Shown: positions 49,006-60,381, counted from the first letter of the stretch. The stretch: DNA of 64,000 nt from an uncultured Clostridia bacterium (GCA_944387505.1 CALXFG010000004.1:3176-67175); one strand, 5' to 3'. The notes: generated from the sequence alone by a model not told the origin. Numbers and translations: made by a program.

Positions 49006-49713
49006 ATGGAAAATGATTTTATAAAAGGAATTAAAACTGTAGAAAGACCAAATAAGAAAATTAGTGAAATACAACCTATCAAAGAATTTGGAAGGAATTT
49101 TATTAAAGAGAAAAATGCTAGCGAAATAATAGATGAAATGGTAGAAGAACCATTAAGAAAAGCATGTAAAGAATTGAAAAATAAAGGTATTGAAACAGTA
49201 ATGAGTAGTGCAAATAAAACGAATTTATTAAAAAAAGGAGAAAAGGCAATAGAACGAGAAGATGTAGAAGGACAAGAATTTTTTCTAGATATGCCTACTT
49301 ATGAGAGCGCAGGTAGAGGATATGCATGGATTATGATTAATTTTGATAACTTAACAGATGAGAATAAAAAAATATTATTTTCATTACAACAAGCCAAAAA
49401 CAGTCAAGGAAATAATATAGGTGAAAGAATTATATGGTTTGTAAAAGGCAGAAATATTATGGATATGTTTAATCAAGGAAAAAGTGATGAGACAAAGAAC
49501 AATTTAGATGAACAATTTGAAATACATGCATTTGTTCTAAAATACAATGTTGATAGATATCCTAACAAAGTTGTATTTTTGAGAATGCCAATTAATGACG
49601 AAACAACTGTAATAGATGTAGAAAGATATTTTGAAAAATTAACGGAACAATTAAAACAGCAAGAAGTGGAAATAAGTAGTACAAGAAGAATAGAAAAAGA
49701 AATGGACATTTAA
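49006..49713 (+). CDS. Hypothetical cytoplasmic protein
   Basis: AGGAGG RBS, 235-aa ORF; no family recognised. Confidence 0.7.
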   Translation: MENDFIKGIKTVERPNKKISEIQPIKEFGRNFIKEKNASEIIDEMVEEPLRKACKELKNKGIETVMSSANKTNLLKKGEKAIEREDVEGQEFFLDMPTYESAGRGYAWIMINFDNLTDENKKILFSLQQAKNSQGNNIGERIIWFVKGRNIMDMFNQGKSDETKNNLDEQFEIHAFVLKYNVDRYPNKVVFLRMPINDETTVIDVERYFEKLTEQLKQQEVEISSTRRIEKEMDI

Positions 49714-49801
49714 TCGGTAGATAAATTGACAATTAAATCAGTGTGTTATATTAATCATTATTTCCATTTATGGTAATATGCATATTAGGAGAGTGAAGTA
49801 T

Positions 49802-50695
49802 ATGATTTTTAAACAAATGCAATATTTTATATCCATTGTAAAAAATAATAGTTTTACAGAAGCGGCAGAGGAAAACTATATATCACAATCTGCTATTTCA
49901 CAAGCAATCAAATCCTTGGAAGATGAATTAGGTGTTACATTATTACAAAGAAAAAATAGAGGATTTACTTTAACAAATGCTGGAGAATATTTCTATAAAC
50001 AAAGCTTATTGATGGTAGATGAAGTAGATAGAATCAAACAAGCAATTGTAAGAATTTCTACACAAAAAAATGATATATTAAGAATTGGATATATCAATAA
50101 TTATTGTGGATTAGAGATGCATAAAGCAGTTATGGAATTTTCAGAAATATATCCGAATATTGATATAGAAATACAAACAGGAAATCATGAAGAATTATAT
50201 GAGTTGATGAAAAATGATAAATTAGACCTTATTATGAATGATCAAAGAAGAGCTTTGTCAGAAGAATATGTGAATCATTTTTTATATACAAGTACTTGTT
50301 ATATTGAAATATCAAATCAATCTGCATTACATGAGCTAAAAGAGGTTAGTTTTGAAGAGTTAAAGCAAATTCCTTGTATTATTATTTCTTCAAAAAATCA
50401 GCAAGATATAGAATTAGAATATTACGGAAATACATTAGGATTTAAAGGGAATTTTATCTTCGCAGAAACGATACAAGAGGCAAGGATGTTAGTGGCAGCT
50501 AATAAAGGCTTTTTATTAGTAGAAGGCGTACCAAGTATAAAAGAAGCAGAAGAGGGAATTTCAAGAATATTACTTGTAAGAAATGGAGAAAGAGTAGAAA
50601 AAAATTACTATGTCTTTTGGAATAAACTTACAACCAATATTTTAAAAGAAGCGTTTGCTAATATTTTAGAAAAGAACTTTAAAAGAAATGATTAA
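49802..50695 (+). CDS. LysR-family transcriptional regulator
   Basis: SFTEAAE...ISQSAISQ.IK.LE.ELG..L..R HTH plus substrate-binding domain. Confidence 0.94.
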   Translation: MIFKQMQYFISIVKNNSFTEAAEENYISQSAISQAIKSLEDELGVTLLQRKNRGFTLTNAGEYFYKQSLLMVDEVDRIKQAIVRISTQKNDILRIGYINNYCGLEMHKAVMEFSEIYPNIDIEIQTGNHEELYELMKNDKLDLIMNDQRRALSEEYVNHFLYTSTCYIEISNQSALHELKEVSFEELKQIPCIIISSKNQQDIELEYYGNTLGFKGNFIFAETIQEARMLVAANKGFLLVEGVPSIKEAEEGISRILLVRNGERVEKNYYVFWNKLTTNILKEAFANILEKNFKRND

Positions 50696-50727
50696 TAAAA
50701 TAAAAAAAGATAAAATTTACATCAATA

Positions 50728-50758
50728 AAAGGATTCCTTTCATGGAATCCTTATTTTT
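50728..50758 (+). terminator. Intrinsic terminator after lysR
   Basis: AAGGATTCC-TTTCAT-GGAATCCTT then ATTTTT. Confidence 0.75.
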
Positions 50759-50761
50759 GAA

Positions 50762-50826
50762 ATAAGTATAACTTATCTGACAGATAAGAAATCGGAATTG
50801 TTCTTTAAAAATGTAAAGCGTATAAT
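50762..50826 (+). promoter_or_regulatory. LysR-type operator and promoter of the SDR-flavodoxin operon
   Basis: ATAAG-N5-CTTAT (T-N11-A), second degenerate ATAAG site at 50784, weak -35 TTGTTC-17 nt-TATAAT. Confidence 0.7.
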
Positions 50827-50860
50827 GTTATTAAATAAAAAATAGAGGGAGGAAAGTAAA

Positions 50861-51694
50861 ATGAAAGAAGTTATTTTATGGACTGGAGCAGGTCAAATAG
50901 GAATGGCTATTGCTAGAAGAGTAGGATATGGAAAGAAAATTGTTGTAGGAGACAAAAATATAGAAAATGCAAATGCAATCGCTAAAATTATGAATGAAGC
51001 TGGATTTGATGTAGAGCCAATGGAATGTGATATTTCTTCAAGAGAATCTATCTTAAATTTAATCAAAAAAGGTCAAGAATATGGAGAAATTGCCATGTTC
51101 ATTAATAGTGCAGGTGTATCACCTTCACAAGCACCAATAGAAAGAATTTTGCATGTTGACTTATACGGAACAGCTGTATTATTAGAAGAAGTAGGGAAAG
51201 TAATTAAAAAAGGTGGAACTGGTGTAACCATTTCATCTCAATCAGGACATAGAATGGAACAATTAGGAGCAGTTATTGATGAACAATTAGCAACTACACC
51301 AACAGAAGAATTATTAAAGTTAGATGTATTACAGCCAGAAAATATAAAAGATACATTACATGCTTATCAATTAGCAAAAAGATGTAATGAAAAAAGAGTT
51401 ATGGCAGAATCTGTAAAATGGGGTGAAAGAGGAGCAAGAATCAATTCTATATCACCAGGAATTATCGTAACACCTCTTGCTATTGATGAGTTTAATGGAA
51501 TTCGTGGAGACTTTTACAAGAATATGTTTGCCAAATGCCCAGCAGGTAGACCAGGAACAGCAGATGAAGTAGCAAATGTAGCAGAATTGCTAATGACAGA
51601 TAAAGGAGCTTTTATTACAGGAGCTGACTTTTTAATTGATGGTGGAGCAACAGCATCATATTTCTATGGATCATTAAGACCAGAAAATAACTAA
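50861..51694 (+). CDS. Short-chain dehydrogenase/reductase
   Basis: TGAGQIG, N.AG, YQLAK (YxxxK), INSISPG, ITG.DFLIDGG. Confidence 0.93.
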   Translation: MKEVILWTGAGQIGMAIARRVGYGKKIVVGDKNIENANAIAKIMNEAGFDVEPMECDISSRESILNLIKKGQEYGEIAMFINSAGVSPSQAPIERILHVDLYGTAVLLEEVGKVIKKGGTGVTISSQSGHRMEQLGAVIDEQLATTPTEELLKLDVLQPENIKDTLHAYQLAKRCNEKRVMAESVKWGERGARINSISPGIIVTPLAIDEFNGIRGDFYKNMFAKCPAGRPGTADEVANVAELLMTDKGAFITGADFLIDGGATASYFYGSLRPENN

Positions 51695-51758
51695 AATTTT
51701 TGTATATAGATGAAACACATTTCTAAAAATGAAATAAGAGAAATAAGGAGGAAAAAAG

Positions 51759-52289
51759 ATGTCTTTGTTTGGAAATAAAGAAAGCGTAAAGGGAAAGAAA
51801 AGTTTAGTTATTTATTTTTCAAGAGCAGATGAGAATTATGCAGTTGGAAATATTGAAAAAGGAAACACAGAGGTTATTGCAGAATATATACAAGAGTTTA
51901 CAGGAGCTGATTTATTTAAAGTAGAGCCAGTAAAACCATATTCTAAAAATTATAAAGCATGTTGTGATGAAGCTTTAGAGGAAAAAAGACAAAATGCAAG
52001 ACCAGCGTTAAAAAGATATTTAGAAAATATATCAGAATATGAAGTCATCTATATAGGATCACCAATTTATTGGGGAACTATGCCAATGAGTATGTTTACA
52101 CAATTGGAAAAATTGGATTTTACTGGAAAAATGATAAAAGTATTTACGACACATGAAGGCTCAGGATTAGGAACAGTTGTATCAGATGTAAAAAAGATAT
52201 GCAAAGGTGCAACTGTATTAGATAGTTTAGCGATTCAAGGAAGCACGGTATATGAAGCAAAAGGTAGAGTCCAAAATTGGATAAAATAA
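51759..52289 (+). CDS. Flavodoxin family protein
   Basis: LVIYFSR, GNT..IA, IG.PIYWG, F.THEGSG.G. Confidence 0.92.
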   Translation: MSLFGNKESVKGKKSLVIYFSRADENYAVGNIEKGNTEVIAEYIQEFTGADLFKVEPVKPYSKNYKACCDEALEEKRQNARPALKRYLENISEYEVIYIGSPIYWGTMPMSMFTQLEKLDFTGKMIKVFTTHEGSGLGTVVSDVKKICKGATVLDSLAIQGSTVYEAKGRVQNWIK

Positions 52290-52316
52290 AAGAAAAAATA
52301 TGAATCATTGAAGTTT

Positions 52317-52357
52317 AAAATTGTAACCATTTATATAAAGCTGGTTGCAATTTTTTT
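52317..52357 (+). terminator. Intrinsic terminator
   Basis: AAAATTGTAACC...GGTTGCAATTTT then TTT. Confidence 0.75.
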
Positions 52358-52475
52358 ATTTCCATACTTTTTTGCCATAAAATTCAAAAAAATTTCACAA
52401 AATGTTCACAAAGTAAATTTTTTTTGATATAATTTAAGCGTGAAATAAAAAAATGTAGTATAAGGGGGAAAAATA

Positions 52476-53165
52476 ATGGAAGAAAACGAAAAAGTAAATG
52501 AACAAAATGAACAACAAGTAAATAATGATGGAGAATTAAAAAAACAAGCTGCTGAAACTATAAAAGCAACTAAGGAACAAATGAAAAACATTAACTTTAA
52601 GGAAGAAGCAGAAAAAGGAAAAGGTTTAATAAGAAAGTTAGCGACAAAACCAATAGAAACAATTAAAGAAGTTGTAGAAGATAATAAAAATCAATTCTAC
52701 AAAACCGCATTGGTGATTATGATTGTATGGGCAGCACTTATTTTAATTAAAAGAATTTTGGACTTTATTATTTATGATTATTATAAATTTGATGTATTAG
52801 CAACAATAAAATCAATACTTTCACCAATATTAGAAATATTAGCTATGGCTATTATTATCCATGTATTAAATAGTAGTAATAAACAACCACTAACAAAATC
52901 AATTACTGCAGTTGCTATTGCCAAAATACCATTAGTCATCTCTGTAGTTTTAGGATATTTAATATATATTAGTTCAAATATAACATACATTACAAACCCA
53001 ATATCTTCATTACTAAGTGTAATATCAACAGTACTAATGTTCTTTGTAGTAAAAGAAATGTTTAAAGAAGAAGAAAATGAAAAAGCTTTAAAAGTATTCA
53101 TAAAAGTTGAAATTATATATTATATTGTTGCATTTGCATTTAGCTTTTTAGGAATATATTTATAA
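52476..53165 (+). CDS. Yip1-like five-TM membrane protein
   Basis: Hydrophilic N-terminus, L..KP.E motif before TM1, five TMs. Confidence 0.6.
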   Translation: MEENEKVNEQNEQQVNNDGELKKQAAETIKATKEQMKNINFKEEAEKGKGLIRKLATKPIETIKEVVEDNKNQFYKTALVIMIVWAALILIKRILDFIIYDYYKFDVLATIKSILSPILEILAMAIIIHVLNSSNKQPLTKSITAVAIAKIPLVISVVLGYLIYISSNITYITNPISSLLSVISTVLMFFVVKEMFKEEENEKALKVFIKVEIIYYIVAFAFSFLGIYL

Positions 53166-53278
53166 TAACAAAAAATGACCGTAATTAAAATGTAGGTTGC
53201 ATCAATCCATTTTAATTATGGTCATTTTATTTATAGAAAGTGATAGATACTAAATTTTATAGCAGAAGGGGGTAAAAA

Positions 53279-55978
53279 ATGAAGGAAAAATTAAAAAAGC
53301 TAGGGAAAAAACTTTTAATAATACTAATTATTATCATAATCTTATTTGTAGCATTATTTATAGCATATCAAGTTCGATATAATTTTAGTGCCAAAATAAA
53401 GGATAACACTTCAGAAGCCAATATAGGAAGTTACATTGAAGAACTCCAAAAAATAAAGGAAGAAAATGATAATGCAGCTGTATTATCTAGTGGAGTAGAA
53501 ACATTTATTGCAGAAGACGCAGATAAAATTAATAGTTCTATACAACAAGTGAGTACATTAAGTAATGGAAATGTACAAACAACATTTAATAATACTGTAG
53601 ACGAAAAGATAAAAAATTTAACAAAAGGAGAGATTTTTTATTTAGAAGGAGACGAATCTAGCAAATATCCTCAAGGACTTTTTGGAAAAGTAGTGTCTAA
53701 TACACAAAGTGCAGAAAATACAACATTAGTAACAGAAAGCCCAAAAGTGGATGAAATATTTGATATGTTAGATATTGATATTTCTCAAGAACTAACTCCA
53801 GAAAATATACAAAATATTGTCCCTATGGAAGGTGTTACAATTTCTTCAGTTAATGATAATGAAAATCAAGTAGTGGCAAAAAAAATAAATAAAAGTAGTA
53901 GCCAACCACAAGTAGATAAATTAACACAATATACTTTTGAAGATTCCAATATGGAAAATAAAAAGGTTGCTGAAACAGAAAATAATACAATAACAGAACA
54001 ATTTACAGCACAAGCAGACTTTTCGAAAATTTTACAAGACATTGCAAAAGAAAAATTAAAAGGAAAAGTCGATGAAAAAAAATTAGAAAATTTATATTTA
54101 AAAGTAAATTTAGAAGCTAATTTTGAGCATTTAGGTGTTAACAGCAAAGTAGATTTTGATTTATCTGGTTTACATGACTTGTATTTTGATATAGAAAAAG
54201 ATATTAGTGCCAAATCAACCATTGAATCTGGAGTAGAATTGAGTATTGATAAAAAAGAAACTTCTATTGGAACAAATGAAATCATTGAATTATGCGGTTT
54301 AGATCAAAAAATGTTTCCTATATTTTATATTGATATTGGGACAAGACAAATGGTAACCGTATTTAGTGGAAATGCGACAGATGGTATTAAAAATTTAACA
54401 GCTTCATTACCAATATCAGTCGGTGTGATTGTATATATAGATTTAGAAGGAAATATTAAAATTGGACTTTCTGTTGAAGGCAGTTATGAAAGTAGAACTG
54501 GTAATAGATTAGCTATTGTAGAAAATGATGAGTGGAAATTTAGTAATGAAGAAATGTATAATGAAGAAAAGGTATCTGTATCTGTAAAAGGAGAAGCAAC
54601 TGCTTCAGCAGATTTAAATGCAGGAATTGATGTATTACTTAATATATCTTCTGTCAATATTGCCGATGTTGCACTTGTAAAAATAGGACTTGACCTTGAA
54701 GTAACTGCAAGTTTGCAAATAGCTGTAGAAAGAACAAATGCTGGAATCAATGCAACACATGACGAAACATTAGATGGTCATTTACGACTATATATGAAAA
54801 TTCTAGATGTAGATGTTAAATTTAAATTGAAAAATGAGCTCATTCCAATTTCTGTACAAAGAAAATTTACTGTATTTGATATTACATTACTGGAATTAGG
54901 TCAAATGCCAGAAACCTATTATAATGATGAAACCATGAAAATAGGTCAAGTTAGTGGGGAAGATGATGAATATAATTACTATAAAACTAATTATGGTACA
55001 TTGATAAAAGAGGCAAAATCAGATAAATACAAAGAAACCATTTACACAAAAGGATTTGATCAGTTCTGCGCAATGGATAAGTCATACTTATATGTTACAG
55101 TACCATCAGACAGTGGAACATTTGATATTGTTAGAATTGATAAAGATGATGATAACATATATAGAACCGTTGTAGAGGATGCATTGTATGTTTTAGAAGA
55201 AGATGATGAATATATATATTATTTATTAGAAGATGAAGAAAATATTATTTATCGATATAAAAGAGATAATGGAGAAACAGAGCAATTTATGACATTTGAT
55301 TATCATGTGCAATTAATGCATCAACAAGAAGATGGTAACTTCTATGTTATAACAAAAGAAGATAACATGATTGCTTCTCTTTTTGGAGAAGAAACCAATT
55401 ACTATTATGTAGTAGGAAAAGATAAAAACATCATTAGTGATTATGGTTCAGAGCCAACAGTTGCACAATATTATACAGAAAATGTAGGCAACTATTATGT
55501 TGCACAAAAATTTTACACACATGAAAGAACTAGGCCAACAGCAACAGATGTTGTGTTTATGAGTCTTGATAAATCAATCCAAGTGTCAACAGAAACAAAT
55601 TCAGGTTGGAAAAATATAAGTCTTGGAATTGTAACAGAGCAACAAGCAGAAGGCGGAAGTGGATACAATATGGTAGTGTATGCTTCACCAGATGGTGAAA
55701 TGAGAACAATTACACCTGTAAAAAGTCGATATGCCATGTTTACACTTTCAGAATCAGATTCTGGAGAATGGTATTTCTTTGATCAAGAAGAAGATGCTGT
55801 TGTGTTATATAAATTAGATGCAAATCTAGCAAATAAAACAGAAGTAAAGAGATTCCCTAATGAAGAATTTAGATGTAATATGGAAGATTGTAGTATGGAA
55901 AACACAGATAATGTATTATATTTTTACCAAATCAATGATGATGATACAGATGTATTGTATCGATATGATTTAAATTAA
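53279..55978 (+). CDS. Large membrane-anchored beta-rich hypothetical protein with probable C-terminal beta-propeller
   Basis: N-terminal TM; long alternating hydrophobic strands; DDEYIYY...IYRY-type blades. Confidence 0.75.
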   Translation: MKEKLKKLGKKLLIILIIIIILFVALFIAYQVRYNFSAKIKDNTSEANIGSYIEELQKIKEENDNAAVLSSGVETFIAEDADKINSSIQQVSTLSNGNVQTTFNNTVDEKIKNLTKGEIFYLEGDESSKYPQGLFGKVVSNTQSAENTTLVTESPKVDEIFDMLDIDISQELTPENIQNIVPMEGVTISSVNDNENQVVAKKINKSSSQPQVDKLTQYTFEDSNMENKKVAETENNTITEQFTAQADFSKILQDIAKEKLKGKVDEKKLENLYLKVNLEANFEHLGVNSKVDFDLSGLHDLYFDIEKDISAKSTIESGVELSIDKKETSIGTNEIIELCGLDQKMFPIFYIDIGTRQMVTVFSGNATDGIKNLTASLPISVGVIVYIDLEGNIKIGLSVEGSYESRTGNRLAIVENDEWKFSNEEMYNEEKVSVSVKGEATASADLNAGIDVLLNISSVNIADVALVKIGLDLEVTASLQIAVERTNAGINATHDETLDGHLRLYMKILDVDVKFKLKNELIPISVQRKFTVFDITLLELGQMPETYYNDETMKIGQVSGEDDEYNYYKTNYGTLIKEAKSDKYKETIYTKGFDQFCAMDKSYLYVTVPSDSGTFDIVRIDKDDDNIYRTVVEDALYVLEEDDEYIYYLLEDEENIIYRYKRDNGETEQFMTFDYHVQLMHQQEDGNFYVITKEDNMIASLFGEETNYYYVVGKDKNIISDYGSEPTVAQYYTENVGNYYVAQKFYTHERTRPTATDVVFMSLDKSIQVSTETNSGWKNISLGIVTEQQAEGGSGYNMVVYASPDGEMRTITPVKSRYAMFTLSESDSGEWYFFDQEEDAVVLYKLDANLANKTEVKRFPNEEFRCNMEDCSMENTDNVLYFYQINDDDTDVLYRYDLN

Positions 55979-56061
55979 ATTATGTTTGGAAATCATTAGC
56001 ATGTATAAAAACACTAATGATTTCCAAGTCAAAGTTTATCATTGAGAAAGGAATGTTAGGA

Positions 56062-57951
56062 ATGAAAATAATAAATAAAATAATCGTAAGCATAATAATG
56101 ATATTACTACTTTTAACAAGTTTTACAATGGTAAAGGCAGAAGATGCTTCTTATTCAGGATCTAGAAATGTTGTTATACAAATGGATGAATCTGATATGA
56201 ATAGTTATGTCAGTGGTGGAAGAGAAGGTCTTGAATATGTGATAAGAAAAAGCAAACCAATGTGGTTAGATTATAACTTAAAAACAAAAGATAAAACTAT
56301 AACGCTTACTATGCAGTTTACATTTGAAAACTATGAACAATATATAGAAAGATTAACAGAATTATTGGGGTATGAGCCAGCAATTTTAAATGAAGGAGAA
56401 AATACAAAAAATATAATAGAAGGTTTTAATGCAATAGAACTTACGAATTTTATAAAAAATGAATTAGAATCAGAAGGTATGCTAGTAGAAGGAAATATAC
56501 AAGATTTCTTTACAGTTGTTAATAGCACATTACAAATTGGAGAAAATACATATGAAACAAAAGATTCTATAGATACGAGAGAAAAACAAGATATTATTCT
56601 ATTTTCCAATGTTTCCATAACAACAGATATAGAAAACATTTCATCTTATTCAAGAACAATTGAAGTGGTACTTGCTTTAGATAATAAAGCAGATATTAAG
56701 CTTGATTCTGATGGTGATGATGATATAGAAACTGTTAAGAATAGATTTGAAAAAGTTGGAGAACTAGGGGATTCACGTAGCAATAATAGATTATCTGTTA
56801 CATTTCAAGCATCAAATTTAGAAGAAATATCAGAAAAAACAATGCAAGCTCTCAATGTTTCTGCATTAATAACAGAAAAGAAAGAATATAAGAGTGATGA
56901 TAGAATCAAAGTGACATATGAAGAAAGAATTGATACAGAAAAATTATTATCAGAAAATGGAAATATATCTTATAGAATCACTTGCCCAGAAATTTATGAA
57001 AATATAGAAAAAACAGAAAAAGAATCAGCAGTTAGTGTATATAATCAAACGGTAACTTTAAGAAATAAAGATGAAAATATGGCTTTTACATATGAAAGAC
57101 CATTAACCATAGAAAATATTAAAATACGTACAAACATAACCATGTATGGGGAAATAGAAAGGAACATTATTTTACAAATTCCTTTAGAATATGCGACATA
57201 CTATAAAGATATTTTAACAGAAAAAATAAAAGGAAAATTAGATAAAGGGATGACTTTAAACATATATGATGAAGGAATCATGAGATGTTATAGTATAGAG
57301 TTTAAAGCATTAACATTAGACAGACTAGAAGAAAAAACATCACAAATCATATCTGGAAAAGATAGGGTGAATTTTGAAAATAAATACATATTTTTCTTAA
57401 AATCTAGCATCAAAGAAAATCTTGAAGTTAATACCATAATAGATGGTATATTACAACCATCACAAGTAGAATTAGAATACATATTACCTAACTCAACCAA
57501 TAAAATTCAAGATGAAAAAGTGGATAATCATGTATATACAATAACTACGACTGATGGAAAAGTGGAATTTACATTCACATATAATAATTATATTGTACTT
57601 GGACTCATTGCTTTTGGAATTTTAGTTATTGTTATTATTATATTCATTATTGTTAGAAAAATAAAAAATAAATCTAAAAAAGATATAACAAGACCTGAAG
57701 AAAAATTGAAAAACGATGATGTTGTAAATGAAAACAAAAAAAATGATAAGAAAGCAGATAAGAAGAAGGCTAAAAAAGAGAAAAAGAATAAAAAGGAAGA
57801 TGCTACTCAAAAAGAGGAAAAAGTAAAAGGGAAAAACAATAAAAAAGATATAAATACCACAAATAAAGAAGAAAAGACAAAAGTAGAAACAAAAAAAGAA
57901 GAACCTAAAGAAAGTAAGCAAGAAGAAAATAAAAAAGAAAAATCTGAATAA
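56062..57951 (+). CDS. Exported protein with three internal alpha/beta repeats, C-terminal TM and K/E-rich tail
   Basis: Signal peptide (VKA); repeats ending F.F.NYEQY.E.L, F.A.NLEEI.EKT, F.A.TLD.L.EKT. Confidence 0.75.
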   Translation: MKIINKIIVSIIMILLLLTSFTMVKAEDASYSGSRNVVIQMDESDMNSYVSGGREGLEYVIRKSKPMWLDYNLKTKDKTITLTMQFTFENYEQYIERLTELLGYEPAILNEGENTKNIIEGFNAIELTNFIKNELESEGMLVEGNIQDFFTVVNSTLQIGENTYETKDSIDTREKQDIILFSNVSITTDIENISSYSRTIEVVLALDNKADIKLDSDGDDDIETVKNRFEKVGELGDSRSNNRLSVTFQASNLEEISEKTMQALNVSALITEKKEYKSDDRIKVTYEERIDTEKLLSENGNISYRITCPEIYENIEKTEKESAVSVYNQTVTLRNKDENMAFTYERPLTIENIKIRTNITMYGEIERNIILQIPLEYATYYKDILTEKIKGKLDKGMTLNIYDEGIMRCYSIEFKALTLDRLEEKTSQIISGKDRVNFENKYIFFLKSSIKENLEVNTIIDGILQPSQVELEYILPNSTNKIQDEKVDNHVYTITTTDGKVEFTFTYNNYIVLGLIAFGILVIVIIIFIIVRKIKNKSKKDITRPEEKLKNDDVVNENKKNDKKADKKKAKKEKKNKKEDATQKEEKVKGKNNKKDINTTNKEEKTKVETKKEEPKESKQEENKKEKSE

Positions 57952-57990
57952 ATTTTAAAATCATTTTTGTACTAAATAAGGGGGATGAAA

Positions 57991-60366
57991 ATGGAAAATG
58001 AGAAAAAAGAAAAACTTTTAAAAAGAAAAGGTACAAAAATTGCATTTTTTATATTATTTTTAATCATCATTGCAATAGGAACATCATCAGGCGTATTCTT
58101 TTATTTAAAAAGTAGAAATAGTAATGATACTCAAAGAAACGCTGCTATATATTATGCTATTTTTGATGATGGAACCTATTATATTCCAAAAGCAGAACCA
58201 AACATCAAGTTTGCAATTGATAGTAATGATTCCAATTCTTATAAACTCACAAATGCAAATCAAGAAACAGTTCAAAGTAGTATTGTAGAATATAATGGGA
58301 AGAAATATATACAGGCTAATAAAAACTATACAAAAGGTGAAACATATCAATTAGAGTTAACAAATGCAAATTTTACAGATGACGTTTTGAAAGAAACCAA
58401 AAAAGTCCAATTTAAAATTAAAGAAGATGAAAAAGCAAAATATAAAATGGCGGACAATGTAGTGCTTGTTGATGCTAACAATATTCAAATAGAAGATGAA
58501 ACAACCGTAAATATACAAAATGAAGATTTAAAAGAGGGACAAATAATCCTAGTTAAAAAGGATGAAAATATTCAAAATGCATATAAAATATCAAATATCA
58601 ATGGGAAAACTGCAACAGTAATAGAACCAGATTTATCAGAAATATATGATAGTGTAGACCTATATAAAGAAGGAAAAGTGAATTTCAATGATTTAAAAAT
58701 AAATGAAAATGCAGAAATAGAAATTGAAAAAAGTATAAAAGAATCTGCACTTTATCAGTTTTTATCAAACAAAGTATATGCAGCAGCTGAAGCTCCAAAA
58801 ATATCTTTAGTTGCAAACGGAGAAGAAATAGAAATCGAAGTGGAATTAACCTTTAAAGCAGATGGAGAGAAAAAACTAGGATTAGATTCTTTAAAACAAC
58901 ATGATTTAGTTATCAAATTATCTTATAAAATTTCAACAGATTATATTGTCGATGTTCAAAAAGATTTTTCTATGAACTATGATATGGCGCTAAAAACAAC
59001 AGCAGGAATTGAAGTAGAATTAAAATCTGGAAATGAATATTTAAAGGGAATATCCAATATCAGTGATGAGGAATATAGTAAATCTGTTAAAGAAATTGTT
59101 CAAAAATTGCAAAATGAAGTACCAGATGTTTCAGAAAATTCCATAGATATTGGTGCAATTGAGGTACCAACAGGTATTCCTGGAATCAATGTTTATTTTG
59201 ATATATATTTACAAACACAATTAGCATTACAAATCAATTTAAAATATGAAGGACAAATTGAAACAATAGAACATGCTGGTTTTATCATGAACAAAAATGA
59301 AAAAAGGGCATATCAAAATACAAGTCAAACAACATCTTCACATGAATTTTCTGTTGTAGGAAAGGCAGAAATCAGAATAGGAATTGGTTTAGATGGAGGA
59401 ATTAGTATTATTAATAAAGACCTAGCACATGCTGGTGTTGGTGTGGAATTTGGGGTATATAATGAGTATTTTGCAACAGCAAAAGTTGAATATACTACAA
59501 AAAACAATGACAATGATTCAGGAATATATGCTAAAATCGAATTAGGAATTTATTTGAAAGTGAAATTAGATTGCTCAGTAGATGCTTTGTTCTTTAAAGT
59601 AGAATACAAAGCAGATTTAGCAGAATTAAAATATCCCGTATTTAAAGTAGAAACAGGAGTTGATTGGACAGGGGATGAAAATGAACAAAATGTAACAAAC
59701 ACACAGCAAAATACAAATGCTACGAATCATCAAAATACATCTACAAATACAAACACGAATACCTCTTCTAATACAGGAACAGAAAAAGGGGTAGTCGGAA
59801 GTCTTTCGATTGATACAGATTCAGAAAGCATACAAGCATATAAGAAATATATATTAGATAAAAAATATGTAGATGATTACAAGAATTATTTCCAAGAAGA
59901 AGGTTGGAACAATAATATACTCAAAGATGTAGGATACTGTATTTTTGATATTAATCAAGATGGAATACCGGAATTAATTATTGATGCAGATAGTATAGAT
60001 GAAGAATGGAGAATTGATGCACTTTATACTTTTAATAAAGAAAGCAAATCTGTTATAAAAGTGGATATGATATATAATTATGCAGGACTTCGTTACGAAA
60101 AGAACGAACATGAACTTGTCTACACATCACTAAGACCTAATTTTTATGTAGGCAGTTATGGATTTTATAAATTAGAGAATAACACATTAGTTTTTACAAA
60201 ATCCGTAGGTCATGATATATCAGAAAATTATGATTACGATAAAAAAATCAATAGTGTAATCTGGGATGCCAATTCGCAAAAAAAATACATCACACAAGAG
60301 GAAGAAAGAGCTTATTTTGATAATGTTATTGATTTTTCTTATCAAGATATAACAAAAGTAAAATAA
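57991..60366 (+). CDS. Membrane-anchored beta-rich hypothetical protein with N/T linker and DINQDGIPEL Ca-binding-type motif
   Basis: N-terminal TM; central region resembles that of 53279-55978; start follows AAGGGGG. Confidence 0.75.
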   Translation: MENEKKEKLLKRKGTKIAFFILFLIIIAIGTSSGVFFYLKSRNSNDTQRNAAIYYAIFDDGTYYIPKAEPNIKFAIDSNDSNSYKLTNANQETVQSSIVEYNGKKYIQANKNYTKGETYQLELTNANFTDDVLKETKKVQFKIKEDEKAKYKMADNVVLVDANNIQIEDETTVNIQNEDLKEGQIILVKKDENIQNAYKISNINGKTATVIEPDLSEIYDSVDLYKEGKVNFNDLKINENAEIEIEKSIKESALYQFLSNKVYAAAEAPKISLVANGEEIEIEVELTFKADGEKKLGLDSLKQHDLVIKLSYKISTDYIVDVQKDFSMNYDMALKTTAGIEVELKSGNEYLKGISNISDEEYSKSVKEIVQKLQNEVPDVSENSIDIGAIEVPTGIPGINVYFDIYLQTQLALQINLKYEGQIETIEHAGFIMNKNEKRAYQNTSQTTSSHEFSVVGKAEIRIGIGLDGGISIINKDLAHAGVGVEFGVYNEYFATAKVEYTTKNNDNDSGIYAKIELGIYLKVKLDCSVDALFFKVEYKADLAELKYPVFKVETGVDWTGDENEQNVTNTQQNTNATNHQNTSTNTNTNTSSNTGTEKGVVGSLSIDTDSESIQAYKKYILDKKYVDDYKNYFQEEGWNNNILKDVGYCIFDINQDGIPELIIDADSIDEEWRIDALYTFNKESKSVIKVDMIYNYAGLRYEKNEHELVYTSLRPNFYVGSYGFYKLENNTLVFTKSVGHDISENYDYDKKINSVIWDANSQKKYITQEEERAYFDNVIDFSYQDITKVK

Positions 60367-60381
60367 AAGGAGAAATTTTAT

